From assembly GCA_951406725.2 (NCBI GenBank), contig OX597828.1, positions 35,588,001-35,652,000 on the forward strand: a stretch of DNA of 64,000 nt, written 5' to 3'. This stretch comes from Octopus vulgaris. Lineage: Eukaryota. Shown piece by piece: positions 39,445 through 52,957 of the stretch. Within the stretch, counting starts at the first letter, position 1; each line of letters opens with the position of its first letter. The position numbers and the translations under genes are program-made. A model generated the notes under the pieces. It was not told the origin of the DNA and did not search any database. It saw only the letters and a program-made list of their open reading frames with translations.

Positions 39445-40137
39445 AAACAGAAAGTTTGTCTCAAAGAACCAGAAACAATCTAAAGCAGGTTGGTATCGAA
39501 ATGGTTAAACCCAGAGGATTTTATTTCCAAAACAAAATTTCAACAAAATCCCTTGTCTACCAATGTCACATTTTTAAACTATGATGAACTACATGAAATT
39601 TGTTTGACAGCCAAGTGAACTGTGTATGATACAAACATCGCAAATCTTTTGAGCAAGTTTAAACTCAGAACCTTCATCTTTGAAACAGGATTTCCCAATA
39701 AGCTTTTATTTACAATGCCACAGACTAAAACTTTGATGTAAAGGGTTATTTATGCTAGTGTTGTGTTAAGTTATATGCAAACATCGTTTGACAAGTAGAT
39801 AAGATTATAAAGGAAACAGAGCTGTGTGTTCTGTGCCCAAGGGGGAAGAACACATGAGCTGTAGTAAAGCCAAAATAAAGGCTGTAATGGTGTAGTTCCT
39901 CCATTTTGAAACTTAGTCATTTTATCAGTTCAACTGTCATTAACATTGCTTTCAGAACACCACTAGCAACTTTGCAACTACCATTTTTGAACTGGTTGAT
40001 GCCAGAGCAAAATATCTGCCTGTCAGAGAAATAGTCTTTGAGATGAGAGAATTACCAGTAATGCTTTTGATATTGGTTTTATTAAACACTTTGCCTGAAA
40101 TTTGTGTGTAAGTACTTATGTGTAAGAGAGTATCTGA

Positions 40138-40570
40138 TTGTGTGTGTGTATGTGTGTGTGAGTGAGTATGTAAGTATATGTATGTGTGAGTGTGTGCATG
40201 TACATCAATGGATGTGTGTGTGTGTGTGCGTGTGCATATGTGTGTGAGGGAGTATGTATGTGTGAGTGAGTGGGTATGGGTATGTGCACATGTGTGCGTG
40301 TGTGCACGTCTGTATATGTGTGGACGTGTGTGTATGTGTGTGTGAGTGAGTATATGAGTATATGTGTGTGTGAGTGTGTGAGTGAGTGTGTGCATGAGTG
40401 TCTGTGCATGCGTGAACATCAATGAGTGTGTGTGCATGTGTGAGTGAGTTTGTATGTATGTGTGAGTGAGTTTGTGTATATGTGTGTGTGCACCTGTGTG
40501 TGTGTGTGCGCATCTCTGTGTGTGCGTGCATTGTGTGTGTACATGTGTGTGTGTGCATGCATTTCAGTGT
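40138..40570. repeat. (TG)n/(TGAG)n compound microsatellite
   Basis: Directly visible. Confidence 0.9.
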
Positions 40571-41004
40571 GTAATTATATAACAAGATGGCACTTTACCA
40601 ATGTGAATCAGTATTTTTCAACCAAAACTGCTCAGCAGAGATTTAACCAATTCCAGCTTTAACATAACTCTAACAGAATACTTTACAACGCCTTATAACT
40701 ATGACCCATGAAGAATATATAGGTCTTTATATTTGCATGCGTTTAGCTCTGTGTAGTACGTATGTATATAGGGGTGTGTGTGTTTGTGTGTACATTACAG
40801 AGAGTGTCTGTGTGTATGTGTGTGTGTATTGTTAAATGTATGTATATATATATATACCTGTATATGCATATCTACATACACAGAGAATGTGTGCTTTTAT
40901 TGTTTACATATGGAAACATTAAAACTCCCATTTATATTGTTTACATATGCAAAACAATAAAAAAAAGACGTTTACAAAAATGTATGTAGATCATTGGAAA
41001 ATAT

Positions 41005-41046
<42 letters not shown>

Positions 41047-41162
41047 GTGTGCAGGTGTCTATGCAATTACAATATTTCGTTATCTTAATCTCATCTTCAC
41101 TGTCTGTCCAACCGAAGAATTTTCACTTTGTTACTAGTCTTTTATTCTTATTTATTTTATAC

Positions 41163-41210
<48 letters not shown>

Positions 41211-41289
41211 TGAGAGAGAGAGCGAGAGCAACTGAGAGACATATAAACACACACATACATATGTGTGTGTGGTTGTGTGTATGTATGTG

Positions 41290-41395
<106 letters not shown>

Positions 41396-41828
41396 TATGT
41401 ATGTATAAAGTTATGAACACAAAACAATGGCTTGAACGTGAATGAATGAATGAATGTGCTTTTTGCTATCAGATTTCATATTTAGGAAACAGAAACTCCC
41501 TTTAGATGGTGTATGTGGACAACAAATATATTTAAGCAATTTAGTAGACTCTGAGCCACCACTGTTTTGACATGAATGTGCCTCTTCAGTCATTGTGAGC
41601 TCAACACTTGGATCTCTGACTGAATAGGCGTAATTGTACTGAACACTAGTGTCTCAGAGTTCACTGCTTCATTCACTGAAGCAGTGAAGCATGTGTGTTG
41701 TCAACACACATTATCAAAACAAAGTTGTTCTCTGAAAAATGAAATCCAACAGAAAATGTATTTGCATATCCAAGGTTCAAAAATTTGTCAAAATGTCTTA
41801 AGAATGAATATACATGTCATTTCATATA

Positions 41829-42018
41829 TAGTATTTGATGGGATGTAAGATGCATATTTCTTTTTAAAAAATGCCTAAAAAAATCAACCTGAGTCTATAT
41901 GCAAAGTTGGGTCTTTTACTCATGCTGTAATGCACTAAAAACATTTTTATTGAATATATGCTGTTGAAATTGGGTTGCATCTAATACACCTGTGCATCTT
42001 ATATACCATCAAATATAG
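41829..42018. mobile_element. Tc1/pogo-like MITE
   Basis: TIRs tagtatttgatgggatgtaagatgca / tgcatcttatataccatcaaatatag, flanked by TA. Confidence 0.55.
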
Positions 42019-42228
42019 TACATATGCGTGTGCGTGTCTGTGTGTGTGTGTGTGTGTGTATGTGTACAAATATTCTATTATCATGCTTATAATTATAGAA
42101 TATTTGTATAATTTTACCTGAAAAGGTTATTTTAATGTACCAAATTATTTGGTAAAATTATTAGTTATTGATTAATTAATGAATTAATTAATTTTACCCT
42201 TTTAGTATTATCATTATTATATATATAG

Positions 42229-42422
42229 ATTGCCATGATAGATCGCTAGCCACTACACATTCTTTATTTTCTCTCCTTGTTTCTTTCTGTGTTCCTTTCT
42301 GTGGAAGAGCATAGGCTCGAAACGTTAAAGACTTTTCCACTTCCCAAGCGTTATACTAATACATCTGTTTGTTGCCTACACCACCTGTCTTTGTCTTTTG
42401 TTTTTTTGTGAATTCTCTCCCT
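42229..42422 (+). mobile_element. ~190-bp element with central hammerhead-like motif
   Basis: Homologous to 47450-47635. Motif 42295-42330: CUUU CUGUGGA A GAGC AUAG GCUC GAAAC GUU AAAG. Confidence 0.68.
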
Positions 42423-43892
42423 ATATGTGTGTGTGTGTGTGTATGTTTTATTTAAGTTCTTGAGAGAGTTGAAACCAGTCACTAACAAAATGATAAGAAG
42501 GCTTGTGGCATCAAGAGAGTTCCCAGTGTTTGTAAATCTGTGGTTGAGTTGGCTTGTAGATTTGTTGGTTGAGCTTGGGTGCAAGCATCTCTTCATCTAA
42601 AGAATCTCAGATGAAGAATCCTTGGAATGTCTTACTAATCATCACTGTGCTGCTAATAGATTAGATTTGGAGAATCTGTGTCAGGTCATAAACTACTACA
42701 CCTATGATGATATGTATGCATGTATGTATGTATTCATGTATGTATGTATTTATGTGGGTGTATATGTGGTGTGTGTGTGGAGGGGGGGTATGCGTGTGTA
42801 TGTGTGTTCTAACATTGAGGCACCATTTTTATTGGTTCATTTTATTGACCCTAACGCTTTGTTCAATATTTATTTTGTCGACCATAGAAAAGTAAAGTTG
42901 ACCCAGGCAAGATAATGTATGTATGTGTGTATGTATGCATCGGTTGTGCACGTGTATATGCATGTCTATATCTGTGTGTAAGTATGCATATATGTGTGTG
43001 TAAGTATTCATGTGTGTGTGTGTGTGCATGCATACAGACTGGTTCACATTAGTGATGGTTAACTAAAGGAGAGATGATGCTTGCTCTTACAAACAAAAAC
43101 GGTCTGCTTATTCAAGGATCTAGTTTAGCTAATAATGATATTTTTTTAGACAAAATTTCCCCTTTTTTTACAGATTCCATCCACAAGACAGACTCGTTCA
43201 TGTGAGTACCGGTCAGATTTTTAACCCAATCCGAAAACAAAAAAAAAAAATCAAACCCCACCCCACCACAACTTCATTCTTTACCACCAATATGGCCACC
43301 ACTAAGCATTTTTTATTCATATGCAGTGATTATTAGAAATACTATCCAATGCTTTTAATCAACAATTTTTTTTTCAATGCTATCAGAACACTCCCTAATT
43401 GCATTTACATCTCTGTGCAGCCCTGGCAACAATACCCCACCATGCATGAAACAATATCAACAGCCTGAGCTGTTTCTTTTGATCATAGGAAATGCATGGT
43501 ACTATTTCGGTCTAAAATTTTGCATAAAATTTCATCTCAATTGCGCTTATGATCCAAAAGCAAACTAATTTAGCCGATATATTTTGTTGCAAATTCTTCA
43601 TAAAGCACTTTCTTTCGCAGGAAGCATGCAAAACAGAATTCTTGGGCTGAGAGAAACACATAGCATAAAGCTTCTATTCTATATCAATTAACCCTTCTTT
43701 TTTTTTTGCACATTAAGATTTTTCAGTTTCTTACCATTTACCTTTTTTTTTTTTGCAAGAATATCGGCATTTTTTTAGTACTTCACAATTAGTCAAATCA
43801 ATTCAATACCCAAGCTAACAATGGAACCGCTGCGCAGTCACTAACCTTACAAGAAATAGCAGCCTAACCTCCCTTAAATCACACCCTTCTGT

Positions 43893-44123
43893 TTTAATTC
43901 TTTTACTGCTGGAATCAAATATATCCAGTCAGAATTTCATAATCATTAACTACAGAAAGGAGTTGTAGATACCAATCTATCTTTGGTTAGATAATGTCAT
44001 GTCTGAAACTATTTTTTGGAAGTTTATGGAAGCAGTATGACTTGTAGAAAATACCAGTTCCATTTTTTGGTAGATATTTTACTGGAATAACCATGAAATT
44101 TCATTTCACAGTTAAAGGGTTAA
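43893..44123. mobile_element. TTAA-type MITE
   Basis: ttaa|ttcttttactg ... cagttaaaggg|ttaa; homologous to 39248-39444. Confidence 0.55.
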
Positions 44124-44499
44124 AAATGGAAGTATATATGGAGTAATTGAGTCACTGGCATGCAGATAGATGGAATGATTGCAACTAGTCTCCTTGATTT
44201 GAGACCCTTTTCTGCTATGACTAGTTAACAATGTGATACTAGTTCTATCTCTGTTTACATGGCTTAATGGTTAGAGTATTAAGCTCACAACAGTTAGGCC
44301 ATGAGTTCAAGTCTTGGGACAAGTGGTATATTGTGCTTTTAAGTAAGTTACTTCATTTTACGTTGCTTCAGTTACCTCAGCTGAAAATGACTACTGGTGC
44401 TAAGTAGGGATTAACTGTGCCACAGACTAATGAGTCTTATGCTCTCAGTCGTGTAAATTGCCCAAGAAATGAAATAAGCTAATTGAAACAGACATTATC

Positions 44500-45031
44500 A
44501 ATTATATGCAATGGAAGTAGTATTAAGTTAAAATAGCCATCTATATATCATATTTAATGTAAATACATAATTGAAAGGTAAATTTACTATGGTATTCATC
44601 CAGAGTTAACATCTCTTATGGATGTGCTGTGTTTAAAAGCACAACATACGTAGGAGGGAGATGAAAACCATCACAGCAATGATTAACAGGAATGCTAGAT
44701 TCATTTCAGCTTCTACTCACAGTCAGCTACATGTTTACATAATATTTGTCACCTTTAATATATAGAAAAACTGAATAAATATTCAGATATTGTGAATAGC
44801 TGCTTGACTTGAATAAAAATTCATTATACACAATACAAGCAATATTAAATTAAAATAGTCATCTGTGTACTATGATTACTATAAATAAATCTTTGAAAAA
44901 CAAGTTACTGCTGTATTCATGTGGAGATAACATCTTTTATGGATGTACTATGTTTTAAAAACACAGTACATATCAGAGAGAGATGAAAATCATCCCATTT
45001 GTGGTGAGTAAGAACACTAGAGGCATTTCAG
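44500..45031. repeat. Old direct duplication (~210-bp homologous blocks, ~322-bp offset)
   Basis: 44502-44710 aligns with 44824-45031 (ttaaaatag.catct, aacatct.ttatggatgt, gagatgaaaa.catc, catttcagc). Confidence 0.75.
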
Positions 45032-45164
45032 CCTTTTTTTTAACTATGTCTCTAGTCAGCATCAGAATTAAGACCCTCTATTTCCACCTGTGAATTAAAT
45101 CAGGAGCTGTACCATTATAACTGTGTTTTGAAACTTTTAAACAACAAATAAATTTGCTTCTTAA

Positions 45165-45368
45165 CCCCCTAGCACTTAAACAGGCCGTATCTAACCCAAA
45201 TATTCAACCTGTCTTATGTTCAAACTGACCAGATCTGGCTTCTCCCACCTACCCTACAGTATCATTGTAAACAATCATAGCATTGAAATTCCAAATCTAC
45301 AAGATAATGATATATTCAAAACAATCTGAATGGATAAGCATTACACTTGATATCCGAATGCTAAAGTG
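45165..45368. mobile_element. TTAA-flanked piggyBac-like MITE
   Basis: ttaa|ccccctagcact ... aatgctaaagtg|ttaa. Confidence 0.65.
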
Positions 45369-45472
45369 TTAAATCACAGCTGTTAATGGAGCCATTCTCT
45401 GTCTTCTACTTGAAAATGTTCTCAGGAACACTGCTCTCTAACAGTACTGTAATTGTTCAATATTTCCTCATA

Positions 45473-45784
45473 TCGCAATGGCCCAGTGGTTAGGGCAGCG
45501 GACTCACAGTTGGAGGATCGCTGTTTCGATTCCCAGACCGGACATTGTGTGTGTTTATTGAGCGAAAACAACCTAAAAGCTCTACAAGGCTCCAGCAGGG
45601 GGTGGTGGCGATCCCTGTTGTACTCTTTCGCCACAACTTTCTCTCACTCTCTTTTCCTGTTTCTTGAGTAATGTTGTGATGGACTGGCATCCCGTCCAGC
45701 TGGGGGGAACACATACGCCACAGAAACCGGGAAACCAGGCCCATGAGCCTGGCTAGGCTTGAAAAGGGTGATGTTTATCGTTTT
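45473..45784 (+). mobile_element. SINE with family B head and a different 3' tail
   Basis: Matches family B to ...ttcctgtttct, then gatggactggcatcccgtccag...gaaaccggga; ~12-bp TSD tatttcctc(a/g)ta. Confidence 0.82.
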
Positions 45785-47449
45785 TATTTCCTCGTATAAT
45801 ATTGCATAGTGTAGTATCATATGGTATAGTTATAGAGTATGACTTGAGGGGGATTTGGCTGTTATTTCATGTAGAATGGATGACCAAGCAGTGGCTCCTT
45901 CCTTGGATTGTAGTTGAGTGTAATATATAGCAATGATGAAATAGATGAGTCAGTGAGGCATTGGACTGGAAGTTCAAACTTGCTGTGGGTATTTTGTTGT
46001 GTTCCTAGGCAGGACAATTTATTGGACATGCTTCAATTTACCTGTCTGTCAATAATAACTATCTGCAGTAGATTGGCATCCTCTCCATGAGGGGAGGTTT
46101 CTCTCACCCTTTACACGTCATGAAACCAAAACTAACCACTGACTCTCAGCCCCACTGCCTTCATTTAAGGTTTTGGAACACATTTGCCAATTATATGTAA
46201 TGTAACTGGTACCACCAAATATTGTAACTAGTACCCTTACGAAGTGGTGTTTTCATCCTGTCTCTCCTATTAATACTACAGTCTACCCTATCCCTCGAAA
46301 TATAATAACTCAATGCATCCTACTGACATGATGCACCAATATCTCGCTCCCCCCCTCCCACTGCCCACCTCTGATACCATCCAGATTTTGTACTGACCAC
46401 TTTGTCTAACACTTGTTTCTCCTGGATCAAGCTCCATCTGGAATTATGTTCCCACCCATGTTTCTTTCTTCCACAGCAAACCTTGCAAGAATTCAAACTG
46501 GATATTAATTGCACCAAATATTCCTATACTTGTTACCACCTTTTTCTTTAGGACAGCCTTTATACAAAAGAAGGGGAAAAAAGGGCTATGGGCTTTTCTT
46601 ATTTTTCTCAAACAAACAAACAAAACCAAAGAATGGTAATAGTGCTGACATTTATCCTTCTGAGTTCCAGCATGGAAGACTGACCTTTAGGAGCAAGCTT
46701 GTAATGAATTGAAATCATAACTCAAAGTCTGATTGCCACTTGCAGCTGTTAATTCTTTCGCTGATGCCTTCAATAAAAACATTATTTTCACATCATCTTC
46801 ATCAAAATTCTGTATTCATGTGTCAATGTAAGAAATCTTTTGTTTTTTATTTTCACAAGCATTAACACTGATGGCATTGTGTTTTTAGGAACAGCACAGT
46901 GACAGACTAAATATATAAATATTCAAATAGAAGACCAAACTTTAGGGGTAACAATATGATGAACTGAAGTCATGAGTTTGGTTGCTACTTGCAGCTATAC
47001 AAAATTGTTCTTGGTCTGGTAGCTAGGTTTTACTGAAGAGGACGACTTAGACTAAAACATATCTAAAGTTGTCATGTTGTCACCATTGCTATCAAAAGTT
47101 TAACTAATTCTCTCTGCATACCTTGATTTAACATTATTACTTAGTTGAAATTTGGAATTCTCTTTCATTCTCCTTTTGTGAAAAAAATTTGTTAATCCTA
47201 ATGGTTTGTCTTCTCATTTTGAATATGATTTCCAATAATTAAAAATTATTTTCAGATTCACTTCAGTTTTCTATGATAACCTGACCTTGACTCTGTGTGC
47301 GTGAGTGAATGTATGTATGTTATGATTTAGTTTTATTTCTAGATTGAAGAAAGATCTGGTTTCTAACCTAGATCCAAGGCTCCTTCATTGCAATTTCAAC
47401 AACATCAACAGGATAGTTATGCATGTATGGGTGTATATATATATATACA

Positions 47450-47631
47450 CCATGATAGATCGTTAGCCACTACACACATTTTTTTCTCTCCTTGTTTTTT
47501 CTGTGTCCCTTTCTGTAGAAGAGCATAGGCTCGAAAAGTAAAAGACTTTTTCTATTCCTGAGCGTTATACTAATACATCTGTTTGTTTTGTACACCACCT
47601 GTCTTCGTCTTTTGTTTTTTTCGTAAACTCT

Positions 47632-47635
<4 letters not shown>
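47450..47635 (+). mobile_element. ~190-bp element with central hammerhead-like motif, second copy
   Basis: Motif 47509-47544: CUUU CUGUAGA A GAGC AUAG GCUC GAAAA GUA AAAG; flanked by (TA)n. Confidence 0.68.
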
Positions 47636-47684
<49 letters not shown>

Positions 47685-48041
47685 AATCTTTGGAGTCAGT
47701 GCATGTGCAGATGTGTATGTTTTGTTTTATGTATGTATATTCATATATATAGTTGCATGTCTAGACATGTGCATATAAAATCATATACCAAACTTTTGGA
47801 AAGTTTTACATATTTTGACACTTTCATCAATAGCTTTTTTATTCTGGTTTTCAGAACCCTTTTTCCTCAAGATATCTTGAGGCAGTTTGTTATATAACCC
47901 TAGGGCTCCAATAACTATGGCTATAAATCTGAACTTGTGATCCAGTGGAGTAGCTATAAGTTTCTCAATAGTTCAACATAGGTGTTTTCTTTTTTGATGA
48001 TTTTCAGCTCTAACAACTGCTGGACAAGTGATTTCCCCTCC

Positions 48042-48073
<32 letters not shown>

Positions 48074-48113
48074 AAGAGAGAGAGAGAATATGTATTAATG
48101 CATGCATACACGC

Positions 48114-48146
<33 letters not shown>

Positions 48147-48373
48147 TGTATGTATGTATGTATGTATGTATGTATGCATGTATGTATGTATATATGTATG
48201 CATGTATGTATGTGGTAACACATACATTCCATTGTTATTTCATTGTTCATACTAAGGATATTCTCCATATGAATTATTCTACCAGATGTGTTGTTACTGA
48301 AGTTAACTGTAGTAGTTTAGCCTGTGAACCTGAGTTCAATCCTTGGCTCAACCAAACCCTATATACTTTTGAT

Positions 48374-48632
48374 CAGCAGTTCTCAATGTATATATACACA
48401 TGACCCTTTCACATAAGATTTTGTTGTTAAAACTTATGTGCAATACAGTGATTATACATCTACAATTCACGAAATATTTTAACATTTTTTTTTCATACAG
48501 TTCACATTAATATTTAAGTATAAAACTATAATATGAATATTTTTTGCTAAACATTGAATGGGGTATAAAAGTCCATTGGAATAATACAGGAACCATAGGG
48601 GTTTACAGGCAAAGAATGGTTGAGAACCACTA
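48374..48632. mobile_element. hAT (Charlie/MER5-like) MITE
   Basis: TIRs cagcagttctcaa / ttgagaaccacta; degenerate 8-bp flanks cttttgat / ctctggag. Confidence 0.5.
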
Positions 48633-48990
48633 CTCTGGAGGAAATATAACCTCCTAATGGCATGACAAGTGGTAGAAGAAACAGGGAGAATATTCTTCAT
48701 ATGGACAATGCAATGACCACAATCTACCCCCATAGTTTTCATAAAAGTATTCAATTCCAAATGTTGAGAACATAACTGAAGATGATGGACATCTGAAGAT
48801 GACCAGAGGCCACATCTGCCAAAAGGTTGAATGTTAACAATTATTAAAATCAATTCAATACTCAAGCCAACAATGGAACTTTTGTGCAGTCGCTGGCCCT
48901 GCAAGAAATAGCAGCTGGACCTCCCTTGAATCACACACTTCTGTTTTAATTCTTTTGCTGTGGAAATCTGATACATCTGCCCCAAACTTC

Positions 48991-49027
<37 letters not shown>

Positions 49028-49037
49028 ACATACATAC

Positions 49038-49330
49038 CTAGAAATACTCAGTTTCATGGAAAAAGAACAAAAGAAACTGGCACGGATTCTCCAAATTCAA
49101 TTTATTAGTGGCACAGTGAAGATCTGTAAGACATTCCAAAAATCCTCCATTTGAAATTCTTATGTGAATAGATGCACACACTCGGATGTGTACATTGCCA
49201 ATTCAACCAACACACCAACTCAACCATATATTCAGAAACATCGGGAAATCTCTTCACTCAAAATGTCTTGTCACTTCGTTAGCAACTGGTTTGAACTCTT
49301 TTAAGAACTTTAATTAAACTCAAAGAAAAA
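49038..49330 (+). mobile_element. 3' end of an RLE-type (R4/Dong/NeSL-like) non-LTR retrotransposon
   Basis: 49038-49154 translates LEILSFMEKEQKKLARILQIQFISGTVKICKTFQKSSI*, resembling the LQ..(I/L).GT..I.(R/K) C-terminus of RLE LINEs. Confidence 0.45.
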
Positions 49331-49659
49331 TCACATACATATATATATGAAATGTGAGGGAAACATAAAAACGTCTGATGTCAAATAAGTCTTCATCGAA
49401 TCAGCAAAGCCAAATAGGTGGCACCCTAATTGTGTGCATAGGCAAACTAGTGAGTATAGATAGACAAGAGTAAAGTTTTGGCTGTATGGAAGTGGAAAAG
49501 TCTACCTTTGAAGGCATACTTTTGGGTGTAGAAAGATGTTTTGTGCTGGTGCCAAATATGAGGGGAAGAGATAAATAAAAGGGAAAATACTGAAGAATAC
49601 AGAGAAAATGGTAAAGAGTGAGATGAGGTCACAGATTGATTCATATATTGGACTGCAGT

Positions 49660-49790
49660 TTAATAGGGGGAGATAATCAATAAGAATGCTAATAGGTCTA
49701 ATAGGAGAAGAGAATTGATAAGAATGCTAATAAGTCTAATGGGGGAGATAATCAGTAAGAATGCTAATCAAGGGAGATAATTAATGAGAA
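49660..49790. repeat. Short minisatellite (ggagataatcaataagaatgctaat units)
   Basis: Three to four degenerate units visible. Confidence 0.75.
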
Positions 49791-50990
49791 ACGAATTTGA
49801 GAAAAACAGACAGTATTTTTTTAAACCCAAGATCAGCTTTGAGTTAGTGAGTTTTATAATCAAAAGTATTATTCTAGCTGTGACCATTTCATCATTTCCC
49901 TCTGTGCAGAGAATATAGGGCCGTGTTATCCAACTTGTCCTTTTCTAAGAATGTGCAAATTAGGGAATATTTAGCTGCAATTTCTAGCACATCAAGTGGC
50001 CAAATACATGTTCCCTTGTATAGCTCAGTCAAAGAACAGGAAAATAGTAAGGCAGGCAACATTACCATTCCTAGCACTTTCTAAGCATTCTTTCTCTTTA
50101 TTTCTCTGATAATGTTACATAAATTATTTATGTCTAATAGTTACAATTAATGTTAAAACCCATTGATCACTATTATTAGATCAATCATTATAGGACTTGC
50201 CATGAAATTAAACAGGATCTGCTAATACATTAATCCCAGTAGATGTTTGAAGTCAAAGGGGAGAGAAAGAGACAGACAGACAGACAAAGTTAAATATTGT
50301 ATTGTAATGTATTGTAATGTATTTTAGTCAAGTTCTCTAACATTTCCGCCACTCTGCTGCTCTTCTCCACACTGCTTTATATTATAATATAATTACATAA
50401 ATATGGTTACAATCAATGCTGTGGTGACAATTGATTACTATTAAATCCTCATTAACAACCTATTTAAGGATGCAATCCAATCATCTTGTAATAAACTGCA
50501 GTTAATCAGTTCTGGTCAAATGCAGAAAGCAACCTCGTTTATACATTTACATTTACATTTATATTTATTTTTATTTTTATTTTTATTTTTATTTTTATTT
50601 TTATTTTTACCAGCTCTTGTTATCTGCAAGATGTCACTGTGAGCCAGAATTTTCTATTTTCCTTGCTGTTATGTTATGTAGGGATTGTGAAACTTCCTTG
50701 CTTTTCTCCAGATAGGTAACCGGTTACATTGTGCAAAAGTTCCTAATTGCAAAATTGCAACTGCAGGCACGACCAGGAAGTTAGGAAGCTCACTTTGCAG
50801 TCACGGAGTTTTGAGTTCAGTCTCATTGTGTGACACTTTGAGCAAGTCTCTTCTTCTATACTCTTGGGCTGACCAATGTCTTGGTTAGTGAATTTGGCCA
50901 GCAGAAACTGTGTTGATGCCCAGCATGGGTGTGTGTGTATACACATGCATACACACTTGCACATATATATATATATACACATAGATAATA

Positions 50991-51854
50991 CAGGGTATTC
51001 AAAAAGTCTCTCCACCTTAAGCATTTTATTGCAAAATAAATATTTATAAGATGGTATAAGACTACAAAAGAATATATTAGACTTTACAAGACTTGAAAAA
51101 ACTTTATAAGAGGTTTTGAAACATTCGTCCTTCATATCTTTATATATAAAAGTGAAGTTGTGTGTCTGTCTCCTATGATTTAGATTCCTAACTACTCCCA
51201 CATTTTGTGGTGCAGCTTAACCAAAAGCGGGTCTCTTATAGTCGTGATTCATATCGAGCCCTTCTGGGTATTAGCACGCGTCTACGATGAGTCTACGATT
51301 TAAAAAAAAATTTACCATCATTTTTTCCCATTTTTAATGCATTTTTTTTGCTATTATATAAGGGAAGTAACTCTCTAAAAATGCTTATATAGTTATTTCC
51401 CTTACAAACCCGAGCAACGTCGGGCGATACTGCTAGTTTAATATATAAGTTGACTCTTCTACACATGTTTTGAAATACATCTTGGAAAGTCTCATGTGGT
51501 ATGGACCGTGTGATGGTTATGATTGCGTCTTTTAGCTCATTAATGGTTTTTGGGCGATTCTTGTACTCTGATCCTTTATTTGATCCCCAGAAAAAAAAGT
51601 CTGGTAGTGTTAAATCAGGTGATCTTGGTGACCAAAGTCCCTTCGAAATAATCCGTTCACCAAAAACCTCTTGAAGTAGCGCCGTGGTGATTCACGAAGT
51701 ATATGCTGTAGCTCCATCTTGCTGAAAGTATGCATTATTAATTTCACTTTCAGTGAGTTGACCTACAAATGGATAGAAAATATTTGATCAATATCTCTCA
51801 GTGTTGATGGTGTCTTCAAACAATTCACTGCAGAGCGACCTTTTGAACACCCTG
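50991..51854 (-). mobile_element. Internally deleted Tc1/mariner-superfamily transposon with transposase remnant
   Basis: TA|cagggtattcaaaaagtc ... gaccttttgaacaccctg|TA TIRs. Reverse translation YFQQDGATAYTS*ITTALLQEVFGERIISKGLWSPRSPDLTLPDFF matches the QQDGA and WPPRSPDL motifs. Confidence 0.85.
51137..51436 (+). mobile_element. Non-autonomous Helitron nested in the mariner-like element
   Basis: A|TC start, hairpin cccgagcaacgtcggg, CTAG|T end; near-identical to 27899-28294. Confidence 0.85.
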
Positions 51855-52090
51855 TATATATATATATTATCTATCTATATTATATATATGATGTGTGTGT
51901 GAGTCAGTAAAAGTAAGCACTCATTTATTTATCAATAAACTGGATATATTAATTAAAGTATACAGTATTATAGATCCATTCCTACCAATCTCACCAATTA
52001 GTTTCGTACTGGATATAAGATAACAAGTGGTTGTAATATATCTGCAATATACTTTGGAAATGCAATCTCTAAAGGGGTATATGTGTAAAT

Positions 52091-52400
52091 ATCATCATCA
52101 TTTAATGTCCGTTTTCCATGCTGGCATGGGTTGGATGGTTTGACTGAGGTCTGGAGAGCCAGCATCTTCACCAAGCTCCAATCTGATCTGGCAAGGTTTC
52201 TACAGTGGATGCCCTTCCTAATGCCAAACACTCCAAGATTGTAGTGGGTGCTTCTCATGTGCCACTGGCACAGGAGCCAGTCAGAGCACTGGCCACAGCT
52301 ACAATATTGGTTTTACTTAACTCAACAGGTCTTCTCAAGCATATCATATCGTCCAATGCATCAGGGGTGCTCTTAACTGGGCCAGATATGTGTGGCTGCA
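52091..52400 (-). mobile_element. Family D fragment
   Basis: (cat)n plus reverse complement of the family D tail. Confidence 0.7.
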
Positions 52401-52957
52401 ATCTCACTTTAGTTTCCAGGTCTTCTCTATATTTATATATATACATACACACATGCATGCACACACACACCTACATACAACAGGTTTTATTTGGAACTGA
52501 ATGCTTCTACTTAAATTACTGGGGTAGATTGTTGTCATTGCCTTGTCCATACGAAGCATATTTTCCATTTTACTCTAATACTTGTGTTGCTATTTGTAAG
52601 TTATATCTATATATGTAATACATGTGTATGTTGTGTGTCTTTGTATTTATCCACAACAGCCTGGCAACTAGAGTTGGTTTGTTTATGTCCTTGTAATTTA
52701 GTAACTTGGCAAAGGAAAATATGAACTAACAGAATATGTGTCAGACTTATCTAAATGTAAATACTGATGCTGCTTTGTTTGGCTAAACCCTTCAAAGCAG
52801 TGCTCCAGCTTGGCCACTGTCTAATGACTGAAACAAACAAAATAATATAAAAGAATGCAGATCTTAATGCATTTCATAAGATTCCACTGTTGCAGGTTTT
52901 ACACCAAGAAAGATTTTAGTTAGGTCCTAGCTATACAATATATATGAAAAAAAGGAA

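Noticed and set aside
41555-41595. Weak hammerhead-like matches (also ~32941, ~49390, ~59718)
   Set aside because: Core is partly present but GAAA or stem I cannot be formed convincingly.
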